Positions 27,966 through 40,434 of a stretch of DNA of 64,000 nucleotides are shown piece by piece. Every line of letters begins with the position of its first letter. The stretch's first letter is position 1. The position numbers and the translations under genes were made by a program. The stretch comes from Octopus sinensis (lineage: Eukaryota): NCBI RefSeq assembly GCF_006345805.1, contig NC_043000.1, forward strand, positions 50,406,001 to 50,470,000. The letters are read 5' to 3'. A model generated the notes under the pieces. It searched no databases, was not told where the DNA came from, and saw only the letters and a program-made list of their open reading frames with translations.

Positions 27966-29150
27966 CCTTTGCACAGCTTCTAACACTGGAGATATACTAC
28001 AGTGTCAGCTTTTCACTACCAGTGAACTAAGGTATCACCTCTTATTTTTCGAGCACCTTCCGGAGTATTCAAGTGGTTCCAAACAGTTTTCTGCAAGTGC
28101 TCCACCCTTATTGCAGCTCCTATTTGTTCCCTGTACTTCTCAAGATTTTTACTCATTGTTTCCAAGGCTCCGATAATTATTGGTACTACTACCACTTTTT
28201 CATCGACCACAACTGCTTAACCTCCCAAGCTAACCTGTCATATCTATCAACTTTTCTTTGTTTCTTATCACATACCTTGTTGTCAGCTGAACATGCTATA
28301 TCTATGATCCAGCATAGTTTGCTTTCTTTCTCAATTAAGACTATGTCTGGCTTCCTATTCCCTAATGCCCTGATCATAACTCACATTCCAAACAGTTTTG
28401 CCATCTCCACTTTCAATTTGACAATATGACAATATCTGGCTGGAAGTGCTTAATTATGAGTCTGAAAATCATAATTCCCATCTTCTTGCATTACTGCATT
28501 AGGCACATTCTCATACCACTTCTCTGTTACATTATATTGGTATTTACAGTATAAAAGCCAATGAAGGCACAAAGAGACTTCATCGTGGTGGCATTTGTAT
28601 TCATTTTGCACAAGGCTCTCACATCCACTTACCAAGTGGGTTACTCTTTCTACATTATTTTCATAGAGTCTGCAATTTTGGGTGTCAGCAGTTTTGTAGA
28701 TGTTATACTTCACTGAATTAATAACAAGAACTTGGTCTTGTGCTGCCACACTAAGGCTTTCAGTGGTATGCTTCAAATTGCCTTGCTTAAGCCATGTCCA
28801 TGATATTGTTGTATTCTTGATATCCTGTGTATTTCTTTCAAAATGACCATGCATTCTCATTCCCAGGAGATCTTCATTTCTCTTATCTTTAATTCTTTAG
28901 TTAAGCTCTTCCTTAACAAACATTTCATCAGCATTTATACCCATATCTTCTGCTGCATACTGCAACAGCTTTTTGTTACTGTTTATTAAATATTCTGCAA
29001 GCATTCTCCTTTCACTACTTACACAAGAATCCAGACTGAAGAGAATTCTATCAATATTCTTTCTCTTAATGTACAATTTTATGACAGTTGCTTTAGAGTG
29101 TAAAGCTCTGTACAATGTCGTTAACTTCTTCATCTTGCTCTCCAACTACA
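27966..29150 (-). mobile_element. 5'-truncated R4/Dong-like non-LTR retrotransposon (CCHC plus RLE nuclease), inactivated
   Basis: WLKQGNLK.TTESL.VAAQDQ; CRL..ERVTHLVSGC..L..EYK.HHD; KPDIVLIEK..WIIDIA; VVPIIIGALE. Ends in an (AAT)n tail; stops and frameshifts present. Confidence 0.9.
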
Positions 29151-29531
29151 ATATGTGATATTACTTATATGTGTATGTATATAGATTTATGTTTATACAG
29201 GTTAAAAACTGAAGTTAGCCGATACATTTATATGCCACAGTATTTTGTAAAGACATTTACAAAGAAAAAGACTTAATTTAAAATTTTGAGAACCATTTTA
29301 TCCTTTTAAATTTGGTTTCATGAGTAAAAAAATTTGAAAGATCTTTTATTTCATTTAAACTCTGACTGAATTCGTTGATGAAGAGAATATGTATATAAAC
29401 AGCTATTGACTGCATCATGTTTTTCCTTATGATTACCAGACATACAGTATTAAATGATATTCATTCGTCATAAACTGAACAATATTGACGGAATGCAAAG
29501 ATTTTACAATAAGCTATTTTTTGAACTGTAG

Positions 29532-29561
29532 ATAGAATTGCGAGACCTTATCTATACTGTT
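29532..29561 (+). CDS. Micro-exon B, 30 nt, phase 1-1 (D-RIARPYLYC)
   Basis: ctattttttgaactgtag|A ... TT|gtaagt; length a multiple of 3; open in phase 1. Confidence 0.6.
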
Positions 29562-30069
29562 GTAAGTGTTTACCTTTGTTTTATTGACATTTCAGAGATA
29601 GCAAAATAGTTTTGTGGAAATATTTGCCATCTCTTTACATTTACAATTTGTATTTTTGTCTTTGTATTTTTTGATTGTCTTGTTGTTTGCTTTTTTTTTT
29701 AAAGGAGAATTTTTCTCATCAGAATTGAGTTTGTCTTTTGTATTAGCTTTTTAAGTTATTTTGTTTAAGCAAGTTTGGTATACAACATTTTCTTGATAAG
29801 CTAACCTGACAGTGTAAAAGACTTGAGATAAAAGTATAAATCATTAGATAATGCATGAATTTATTGACTTCTCAGTCACAAATGTACTCTGTGAGTAACA
29901 CATGATAAAAGTTCAATTATTGATTTGACAAAGAATGAGTGTTGGCATGCTTAAGTAAACTTGGATTATTGACTATCTTATTTAGTTTTGCACATTTTAT
30001 ATATATATATATATATAGATTTATTTAGATAAATACAATACATTTCTAATTACAAATATTATTTATCAG

Positions 30070-30093
30070 GAGTACAACTTTCAAAGATAGGTG
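30070..30093 (+). other. Candidate 24-nt alternative micro-exon
   Basis: Branch-like ttctaat, acceptor ttatttatcag|G, donor GTG|gtatga; creates TGA if joined to exon B. Confidence 0.3.
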
Positions 30094-31682
30094 GTATGAA
30101 TTTCCATTTACATCCTCACTATTTGAAAATTAATTTAAAATAAATTCAAGCTTTGGTAAATTTAGATGGTCATTGAATTTCTTTCTAAGAGGTGGAAAGC
30201 TTTTTGTGGTATCATAGTAGATTGTTTCATTCTGGTTTTGATAAAAAAAAATAAAATTCAATTTGAAATATGTGTTGTAAGAGGCAAAAAGCTGTTTTGG
30301 TTGTTTGTTTACTGGGAATGTTGTCATTAATTCTTTGAAATTGTTTCTTATTAATGGTAATATATATACATTATATATGAAATAAATTTGTGTGTGATAC
30401 TAATTAATTAACTTTTCTTTTTCCTCTTAATTTAAATAAATAATTTTTACTATTTCATAAACTATTTTAAATGTAGAATGATGTTTGCTCACATGTCTAT
30501 GAAAACACATTTTATATATGTATATGTTCCTCTCCTGAATGATTTAGATACACTGGTGATTCTGTTGGCTGTGAATTACATGTCTATTGTTCATCAACAT
30601 AAATTATCTTTATAAAACTACATTTTTTGCCTTCTTAAAGAAAAACAGCTAACCTTTAACTTCATTAAATTATAAATCATGATTAGACAGGATATCTGAA
30701 GATGTTTCTTTTCTGTTAGCTGAAATACGTTTGTGTATATATATGTGTGTTTGTGTGTGAGTGTTTTTAATACTTTAGTTGTACTTTTATCTATATGAGG
30801 AATCATAGGGCATAAATACATCAATTCCATGTACTTGGAAAAGTAGTTGCAAATACATGCTACTCATGTTGATATGCAATTTGATTTGTCTTTTAGAAAT
30901 TAGTATCAATATATGTTAATTCTATTTACCAAAATTAAATGTTATATAGCCATATTTTAATGAATTGAGCTAATTTCAAATGAAAGGATTCCTTTGCATT
31001 AATGGAAAACAGCAATAAAATTATTTATTATTAAACCCATAAGACAATTTTATATCAGCCATTTAAACAAAAATATGGGCCTTTACTTAAGTGAAGATTT
31101 TATTGCTCCTTTCATTCTGCACAGCATTTCTACCCATAAAATTATAGATAGAAGGAAAGATAATTCTTGTTGCTCAAATATGAAATAAAACAAACAAAAA
31201 AATGTATTCAAACATTCTATATAAATTTTCATTTCTATATTCACCTCGTTATAATAAATAAAAGAGGTGCTTGATGTATCCATTTGTATCAGTCTGGGAG
31301 TTACACACACACAACTATCTGATTCCTCCCCTTCTTTCTCCTCACTCACATACACATACAGATGTTTGTGTGTGTGTGTGTAATACAAATATTGAATGTA
31401 TATAATAAACACCCACATACATGTGCATATACTGACTAAAATTTATGATTTTTAATTTCCTGATATATATATATATATATGTGTGTGTGCGTGTGTGTAC
31501 AGTGAAGCAAAAGGCCAATCAAATGAAACATTGAAATGCATATTTAGTCACATTTCCAATATATTCTGCATATATATATATATAACGGGAAGCTTTATGA
31601 AAATAAACAAAAGACGAAGGCAGGTGGAAAACAAACGAACAATTGTATTAGTATGGCGCTCAGGAAATATAAATAAAACAAG

Positions 31683-31720
31683 TCTTTAACGTTTCGAGCC
31701 TACGCTCTTCAACAGAAAGA
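31683..31720 (-). ncRNA. Minimal type-I hammerhead motif with non-canonical core (CUGUUGA)
   Basis: UCUUU-CUGUUGA-A-GAGC(GUAG)GCUC-GAAAC-GUU-AAAGA: stems I and II perfect; palindromic AACGUU in the stem III position. Confidence 0.8.
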
Positions 31721-32512
31721 TACACAGAGAGAGAAAAACACAGAAAGAAGGAGAGAAAAAAAAAATGCGTGCAGTAGCTAACGAATCAACATGGCGATCT
31801 GATTTCGGCCAGAGGTCAAAGATCAAACATGAGACGCGAGAGCGAAATAAGGGGAGATAATAGGGTTGATAAAAGGGTTGAGGGACCAGCTAATAGTGCG
31901 TGGGAGGGGTCTGGATGTGTGTATGTATAGGGTTGGTGTATGTATTAGTATGTATAAGGGTGTGTGTGTGTGTGTGTGTATGAGAGAGTATTAGTGCGTA
32001 GGATTGGTCTGGACGTGCGTATGTATGGGGTTGGTGTATGTATTAGTATGTATTGGTATGTATAGGTGTGTGTGTGTGTGTGTGAGAGAGTATAAGTGCG
32101 TATGCGGGGTCTGGACGTGTGTATGTATAGGGTTGGTGTAAGTATTAGTATGTAGTAGTATGTATTAGTACGTATTAGTATGTATTAGTTGGTGTGTGTA
32201 TTAGTATGGCACATCATATGTGATGTGATGTGTAAAGTCATGTGGTATAGTGAGGAGAAGAGGGGGAGGGGGAGAAGAGGGGGAAAGAAGAGGGGGAGGA
32301 GAAGGGGAAGAGGAGAGGATGGGGAGAAGGAAGGGGAGGAGGGAGATGAAGGAGGAAAGAGGGAGAGGGGGAGAGAGAAGGGGAGTGAGGGAGCAGAGGG
32401 AAGGGGAAGAGGGAGGGGGAAGAAGGGAAGGGGAGTAGGGGTGAAAGGATGAAGGACTGAAGAAGTAGGGGTCGGGGGAGAAAGGATAGGTGAGGAGGGG
32501 GGAGAGGGGGTG

Positions 32513-33840
32513 TTAGATGAGGAGGGGGGGAGAGTTGAGACCAAATGGCGTATAAGAGCGAAGAGAGAAGATTAATTCCTGTTCACGGCGCAAACGGGAA
32601 TCCGGATGGCCTCTGTGTAAGGACAAACCGAACACAGATAGGTGTTGCAAGGAGTGACCGGTGGAGCGGAAATGGCGTGAGACCGGTGTGTCGTTCGCAA
32701 GGTGGATGTCACGAAGGTGTTCCGCGAACCGGTCAGCCAAGCGGCGTCCCATTTGTCCGACGTACAAGGAATTGCAGAGAGAGCAAGAGATGCAATAGAT
32801 AATATTGCTGGAGGTGCAGGTGAAGGAGTGGATGATGGGATAGGGTCGATGGTGGGTGTTAGTGAGGCGGCTGGTGTTGGAGAGGTAAGGGCAAGTGCGG
32901 CAACGTGGGCGGGAGCAGGGGAACGAGCCGGGTTGGGAGGTAGGGTCAGGGAAGGAGCTATGGACCAAAAGGTCTCGAAGGTTGTGGGCTCGTTTGAAAG
33001 AGGGGAGGGGTCGGTTAGGGAAGAGGTGTGAAGTGGACGGGTCGGACTGGAGATGACGGAAAGCTCGAAGAATGGTGCGTTGGAGACGTAGGGTCGTGGG
33101 GTGGTAAGTGAGGGGAAAAGGGAGGCGGGAGACTACAGGGCGGGTTCAGGGAGAGAGAGCAGATACACGGTCCACGGACCGTGCTCTGGCAAGGGCGGTG
33201 TGGATAGTGGTGAGGGGGTATCCACGTAGGGTGAAGTGGTGAGCCATACGTTGAGACTGAGTCTCAAAGTCATGGTCGTCACTACAGAGCCTACGTAGAC
33301 GGAGGAATTGGGAATAGGGGATGGAAAGCTTGGTGTGTTCTGCGTGGGAGGAAGAGAAGTTGAGGTATGAATGTGAGTCTGTGTGTTTGTAGTGAATGGA
33401 GGTGGTAAGAGTGGAGTGAAGAATGCTAACCGAAATGTCGAGGAAGGAGACAGAGGTGTTGGAGATAGTGGAAGTGAAGTGGAGGGCTGGATGGAAAGAT
33501 TGGACGAAAGAGAGGAAGGAATCTAGATGTTCGCAGGAGAGTGAGGTGGCACCGATAATGTCGTCAATATAACGGCCATATAGTTCAGGAGTGGGACCAG
33601 TGAAATTAGAGAATATTTGGGCCTCAACATAGCCAACGAACAGGTTCGCATAGTTGGGGCCCATTCGCGTTCCCATGGCCACTCCCGAGACCTGATGGTA
33701 GAACTCGCCCGCGAACGAGAAGCAGTTCAGAGTAAGGACAAGTTCGGCCAGACGAATGAGTGTGGAGGTGTCAGGTACAGGTTTAGAGCGGAGGTCAAGA
33801 AAGTGTCAAAGGGCCTGCAGTCCTTCGTGGTGAGGGATAA
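32513..33840 (-). pseudogene. PLE RT plus GIY-YIG ORF, broken by two TGA stops and one frameshift
   Basis: The RT (33146-33682) extends upstream through a TGA to VIPHHEGLQAL. After ALSP* a frameshift near 33120 leads to PLTYHPTT...NLRDLLVHSS and the endonuclease (32513-32968). Confidence 0.9.
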
Positions 33841-35195
33841 CAGATATATATATATATACACACACACACAAACATATCTATAAAATATATATAACTATAG
33901 CTGTCATTTGCTATCGAAGATGATTTTTGTATCAACATGGATCATTTCTACTAATGGTTTAAGGTACCCATGTATTTACTAGCAGACACAGACACTCTTT
34001 TTACTCTCACACCAAAGACGAAGAAGAACATCTGGTTGTGACTGCTGGAGGAATGGAAGACTGATTTATATATGACATATAGAATACTAGTATTAGAGTG
34101 GTATTTTATTTATGAAACCTGAAGGTATTGGAAGGCAAAGTTGATTTTAGTTGAATTTGAACTTAGAGCACAGAGTATTGAAACAAATACCACAATCTAT
34201 TCTATTTCATGCACTAACAGCTCTGCCAAATGACTGTCTATGGTGGAATCTAAACTTCATGTGAGAATGTTAAAATGCATTTCAGAGCAAATATATTACA
34301 ATGACTTCAGCTGACTTAGCTCTTAAATTATCTTAGAATACTCCATTATTTTGCTATTTTTATGTGCAGCTATTTAGTTTTATATAAAAATAGACAACTA
34401 AAGCAGTGTATTGTTTGCTATCATTTTATTTTAAAAAAACAAGATGCACATAAATATATAAATATTTCAAACTTACATGGGTGCTCTCACTTCAGTTGTA
34501 ATGACATCTTACATACATTGAATGACAGAAGTTTTAAAATTATTCACTTTTTCTTTCGTTTTAAGTTAAAAAGAGAAGACTGTGGAAAAGAAAAGCTAGA
34601 TATAAACAACACAAAACTACCATGAAGATATGTTTTACCATAAAATATTCTATATTCATAGGAGCTACATTATTTCTGTGATGGTTTAAAGAAAATGATT
34701 TAAAGCAGACTTACATATATGTGCACACACACATACACACACCAATATAGATATACATATGTGTGTGTCTGTGAGGATGTATGTGTGTATATATATATAT
34801 ATATATATTTATATTATGCACACACATACACACCCCCATATACATATGTCAGGACAGACAGAGAAAGTTAAATCTATTCTTTGTTTACAGGTTGTGTGTC
34901 TTACTTATAAATTTTGTGTTTCAGTGTAATCCATTGTAAATTTATGGTTTTGTTTTCAAAATATAAAGACTGCTATGATGATGATGATGATGATGATAAT
35001 AATAATAATGATAATAATAACTAAATAAATAAAATTAGTTTCAATAAAACATCTTCTCTTAGGGAAAGCTTAAATTTTTCAGAACTTTTTATAAGTTTGT
35101 TTTTTATTCATAACTCTCTTTTGCAAAAGATAGTACTGCATCCTAAAAATGTGTCATATTCATCGTTTCTTTATTGTAGTATCTTTTTTTTTCAG

Positions 35196-35219
35196 TAGAA
35201 TATCAAATAGATAATGTTT
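35196..35219 (+). CDS. Micro-exon C, 24 nt, phase 1-1 (L-EYQIDNV)
   Basis: Strong acceptor atctttttttttcag|T; moderate donor TTT|gtatga; only phase 1 is open. Confidence 0.5.
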
Positions 35220-35690
35220 GTATGATTTGGTAATATTGGTGCTATTTTAGGAAATACTGTTTCAATGCTTTTTCTGCTTGCATATTTTATCAGTAGAAAT
35301 TTAAAAAAAAAAGTTTTCTATTTGATTTTTAGAAGCAATTTTATATATATATATATATGAGATTTAAAAGGGAGGGTACTCATAGGAAGCTAATGTTGAT
35401 GAGATTTCTATAGAAATCATAAATAAGATAGAGAAATGGTTCAATTAAATTGCATATTGCAACAGGTCTAATGGGCATTATTGCAGCTAAATGACTGAAT
35501 ATGCAAGTGAAATACTTAAAAGTTGTCTCTTTGTGTTATACTAGCTAATAATGCATCTTATCTGATAAGGGTTCAAGCATATCAACATTCTACTGCATCA
35601 ACGTTCTGAAATGAAAGTAGGTCACATTTTCATTCACTTGAATATCTATACTTGTCACAGAATCGTCTGTTGATGATGATGATATTATTA

Positions 35691-35737
<47 letters not shown>

Positions 35738-35938
35738 ATTATTATTAATATTATTATTATTACTACTACTATTACTTTTCAATAGTCTTATTTTTATTAA
35801 ATGCTTTCACAACACAATTGAGTGCAGTTTTGTGTACTGTAGATATGTGCAGTGTTTTGTTTTGTGTTTTCTATTGCATTGAAAGGGCCCTTCATAATAT
35901 CTATCAGAATTTTTTTTCTGTGCTATTTTCTGTATGTC

Positions 35939-35970
<32 letters not shown>

Positions 35971-36139
35971 TCAAATCATGGGGTTTTGGTTATGCACATA
36001 TGTGCATCTTTTCTTTTAATCGTTCTCACATTATTTATTATTATAAGGATTGTATCTATTTTATGTTCCCACACACTTATCACTGTTTCCTGATTTTATA
36101 TATTTTGATAATTTCCCCCATTACTTTTAGAGATTTCTT

Positions 36140-37735
36140 TTAGAGAGATAATTATTTTATTTTAAGTTTGATGCTGTAGGTTCCTCCTTTCCTACTTGAA
36201 CTTGACAACAGTATCTGGTCAATTGTCCTTGTCTGTATGGAGTTCCATACCCTAGAGTATGGTCACTTCAGCTTTCCCTGTGATTGTCTCTGATTTATGT
36301 ATATACCTCCCATTTCTGTTAGTATTTCATAATTATGGAAAAATTTCCAGTATGTGAATGTTCCATCTCTGTCTTAATTGTAGATGTCTTTTGTCTTGCC
36401 TTAAATGTTATAACCAGAGACATGTGGCTTTTCCTTTATATCTGTCAAAAATTCTAGTGTAACCTAATGTAACTGTAGAGCCTATGTATTTTACTTCTTT
36501 ACATACATTTAGTTGTTTCTGGTCAGAATTGTTGATCCAGTTCCACAATAAAAAATGCTTCAAATCTAACTTTGATCCTTGCATTTCTAACTGGAGGCAG
36601 TAGTTTTTATTTATCATTTTCCAGTTTTTTTAACCATTTTTCTTTTTTAAGATCTTGACCATTATTGTTTTGTTCTTTTTTGTCATCACTTTCTTCTGGC
36701 AGTTTTGTTGCTCTATATTTAGCTTTTTCTCATTTACAGTTGTTTCCCTTCTCCTCTTACAACTGCCTATTCCAACCGTTGTTTCATATTTGTTAAAGTC
36801 CTTGAAGAAAAAAAACAATTTTTGTATTATTTTCATCTTTTGTAGCTTCTCCTTTTAGTTTTCCATCATACTTTACTATACATTTTTTGTAATATTTCCA
36901 GTGAATATTTCGTACCAGTTTCCTACTTGCATAAAATAGCTATGTTTCTGTGTAAGATTATGGGTGGTATATTATGGTTGCAGTTACTATTTTCCTTCAA
37001 TTAGCATTCTGGGCGAGCTGGTGTGTTGCAGCTTATTCCTTTATTTTTCTGGCATTTATATCTGTTTAAGTATGTATTTCTTACTGATCATTTCTTTCAT
37101 TTGTGTGTTTTGTAAACTTTCTACTTCATTTGTTCTTAAGTTTTTGTATGTCTGTTATCTAATACTCTATCTCTGTGCTTATCTATCACAATATTAGTGA
37201 CTTTAATTAATTTTCTGTTCCCCAAGGTTGCTTTGGTGCATTTTCCTTATGTCAGTTCCTCTAGTAAATGTTTATAATGTCCATAGCAGTGTTTCTAATT
37301 GCTTATCATCTGCAGGGTACATTTTTAGAGTGTCCTATATTAAAGTTGATTGATTGGCCTCCTGTACTATTGTTTCTGTATTTGATCTGGTTGTTAGCAC
37401 CAAGCAGAATAGGAATAGAAAGAGGAAGTCTCATTGGAATATTCCTCTTCTAATGGAAACAGTGTTGGTTTTTTAGAACTCCTTCTTCTGTCTGTAAATT
37501 TGTTTGCTATTTATTCACAATAAATTAAATACCTGTCTGTTTATTATCTGTGCTTACTTATTCATGGGGAACACAATCAAATTTTTCTGGTAGTCAGTCT
37601 GTGAATACTCAGACCCTTTTGGCTTGTTGTTCTACTTTCTTCAGGAATGCTTTGTTAGTCAGTAATTATAGTTATTACAGTGTCTCTGCTGCTCTTCTGG
37701 AAATAGGGTTGTCGTTGCTATTATTAATATTAAGA
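36140..37735 (-). mobile_element. Old, heavily degraded R4/Dong-like LINE (RT to RLE)
   Basis: Minus-strand relics resembling FDCVPH, RRGIFQ.D..F.FCLVL, KCTKATL and VTIL.GMELHTDKDN.PDTVVK; many stops. Confidence 0.6.
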
Positions 37736-37741
37736 AGGTGG

Positions 37742-37975
37742 TGATCTGGCAGAATCATTAGCATGCCAGGTGAAATATTTAACAGTATTTCATCTGTTGC
37801 TATGTTCTGAGTTTAAATTCTGCTGGGGTTGACTTTGCCTTTTATCCTTTTGGGGTGTCTTTGTCTCTCATCCTTTTGGGGTTGATTAAATAGGTACCAG
37901 TTATGCACTAGGATCGATGTAATCGACTTAATCCCTTCCCCCAAATTTGAGGCCTTGTTCTTCCAGTATAAAGGA
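37742..37975 (+). mobile_element. SINE family A
   Basis: Family A body; attattaatattaag occurs on both sides (probable TSD). Confidence 0.75.
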
Positions 37976-37999
37976 TTATTATTAATATTAAGGTGGTGA

Positions 38000-38650
38000 T
38001 AAGGCAGACCATTGAGAAAACATAAGAAAATGAGTTTGTTTTAAAATTTGAGATTGCATAGATAGTATTTTACATATGGCCAGTTCCCATGAGCATTATC
38101 TTTTGAATTTCTGCCATTTTAGGGTTTCCTGGTATCTGAGCTAGGTAGGAAACAACCCCCTTTGCTATCATTCCTGAGTCATTTATGACAACAGGTATTG
38201 TTTTAGTCTTGAGGTTCCACATTTTGCCAATTTCTATTTCAAGATCTTTATGTTTGCTCAGTTTTTGGTAGGTCTTGACAGACACATTTATGTTAAATGG
38301 GACAGTCATATCAATGAGGAGGCATGATTTTTGTCTGAAGTCTTTCAGAATAATGTCTGGCCTACTCGCATCTGTCTTTCTGTCAGTTTGAATGGTGAAG
38401 TTCCAGAGGAGTAAGATGTGATCATTTTCAAGCACTGGAGGTGGTTTGTGTTCCCACCAGTTTTTATCATGGGGCAGGTCCAGGTTTTTGCAAATTACCC
38501 AGTGAATATATTGTGCTACTCTATCATGCCTGTTGAGATACTCAGTAGGTACTTGAAGACGGCACATGGAGAAAACATGATCAATGGCTCATTTTGTTGT
38601 TGACATACATGTTGGGCTACTGCTGTTCTTCAATATTTTGGTCTGGTAGT
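38000..38650 (-). mobile_element. R4/Dong-like LINE 3' fragment (RLE domain), second subfamily
   Basis: EYLNRHDRVAQYIHW; LLWNFTIQTDRKTDASRPDIILKD..CLLIDMTVP; QKLSKHKDLEIEIGKMWNLKT..IPVVI. Abuts the long ATT array. Confidence 0.9.
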
Positions 38651-38654
38651 TCCT

Positions 38655-39009
<355 letters not shown>

Positions 39010-39010
<1 letters not shown>

Positions 39011-39235
39011 AAGGTGGTAAGCTGGCAGAATCATTAGCATGTCAGGCAAAATGCTTAGTAGTATTTCACCCATTGCTACATTCTGAGATCAAATTCTGCC
39101 AAAGTCGACTTTGCCTTTTATCCTTTTGGGGTCAAGGAAATAAGAATCACTTATGCACTGGGGTTGATATAATCAGCTAATCCCTTCCCCCAAAATTTCA
39201 GGCTTTGTGTATTTAGTAGAAATGATTATTATTAT
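39010..39235 (+). mobile_element. SINE family A with ATT tail
   Basis: aaggtggtaagctggcagaatcattagc...gtagaaatgattattattatt. Confidence 0.8.
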
Positions 39236-40419
39236 TACCTGTTTAATACCTGTTGCTATGTCGATGGAAAGATGGTGCAATTTTAATGTATCAGAAATAA
39301 TTAGTAAATACATTTACCTCTACTATCATTTTTAGAAAAATAAATATTATATTTGTTGCTTTTTAACATTGAAATTTAGGTTTTCTTTCTCAGTGAGGGC
39401 TTAATAAATAGTCATTCAGTATTATCTATGCACATTTAATCCAAATATATTTTATTCCATCTTCTCCAAACTATATGTATAGTGTACAGTATTTTCATTT
39501 ATTTAGATAACTATTCCATAAGTAACATTCCTTATCAAGATTCCGTTTTCATGATTCTAATGCATCTTTATGGGGAATTTGAAGGAGACTTGAATGCCAT
39601 TTCTAGCAGGTTGAGTAAACATAATGAAAGCTCATTGTGGGTATGTTAGTAATATTTGTAGCATCTGATAAATATCAAAGGGAATTTTTAAAATAATAAT
39701 ATTGTCCATAATATTGACATACCTCAGGTAAAATCTCTTCCTCATACATAAACAAAGTGGTGAATGATAAATTTCAGTGACACTTTTTGTTCCCTGTAAA
39801 GAATGTTTATGGTATGGCTTTCTTTAATTTCACAATTGTATGTTCACACATATTTTCATCCTACATAATAATAATAATGATATTTTTATCTTTTGTTGAA
39901 TGAAGGTTTTTGAAAAATAGTTTATGCGCTTGAAAAATATGTAGTTTCAAGTAGTAGAAGCAACTACCTTGAATAAATCAAAACAGAATTAGCTGTTTTA
40001 CTGACTAAAGATTTTAGTAAATCTTTTGCTATTTTTAGCTTTTTCTTTTTTTCCAATCTTCAATTTTTCCACCTCATCACACAGTCTATTATTGTACTTG
40101 AGAATGAAATATTTCTGGCTATTATTTTTCAGTGATAGGCAAACAAAAAATAAACTTTGACTAAAAATAGAATGCAAACCTTATATTTACTTACATTACA
40201 TATGTGAATATGATGAATGAATGAATGAAATAATTACACTTTTTTGTTTTCTTTTTTGAAATACATTAATTTAGTGGCTGCAATTGCAAATTCTTTGTGC
40301 ACAGCGTATGAAATCTCACACAGTTATTTAGGGGAAACAATGACTGTATCAACTTCTTTGTTTCCCAATTTAGATATGATGTTAATTAAAATTTAATCAC
40401 TGCTCTACTCATATTTCAG

Positions 40420-40434
40420 TGACTGAAAATTATG
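40420..40434 (+). other. Candidate 15-nt phase 1-1 micro-exon (L-TENY)
   Basis: ctactcatatttcag|T ... ATG|gtattt; frame-compatible between exons C and D. Confidence 0.3.

Larger units (their letters stand above)
31585..33843 (-). mobile_element. Young, 5'-truncated Penelope-like retroelement (Neptune-like) with 3' terminal-repeat region, inserted in (TA)n
   Basis: RT motifs IPHHEGL, GVAMGTRMGPNYANLF, RYIDD, FLDI; linker CSRPRCRTC; GIY-YIG NIIYCI..LYVGQ..RFAEH; CpG-rich; hammerhead at 31683-31720. Confidence 0.95.

Noticed and set aside
32185-33883. Pro/Ser-rich, Gly/Glu-rich and + strand ORFs
   Set aside because: Purine tract and antisense shadows of the GC-rich Penelope ORF.
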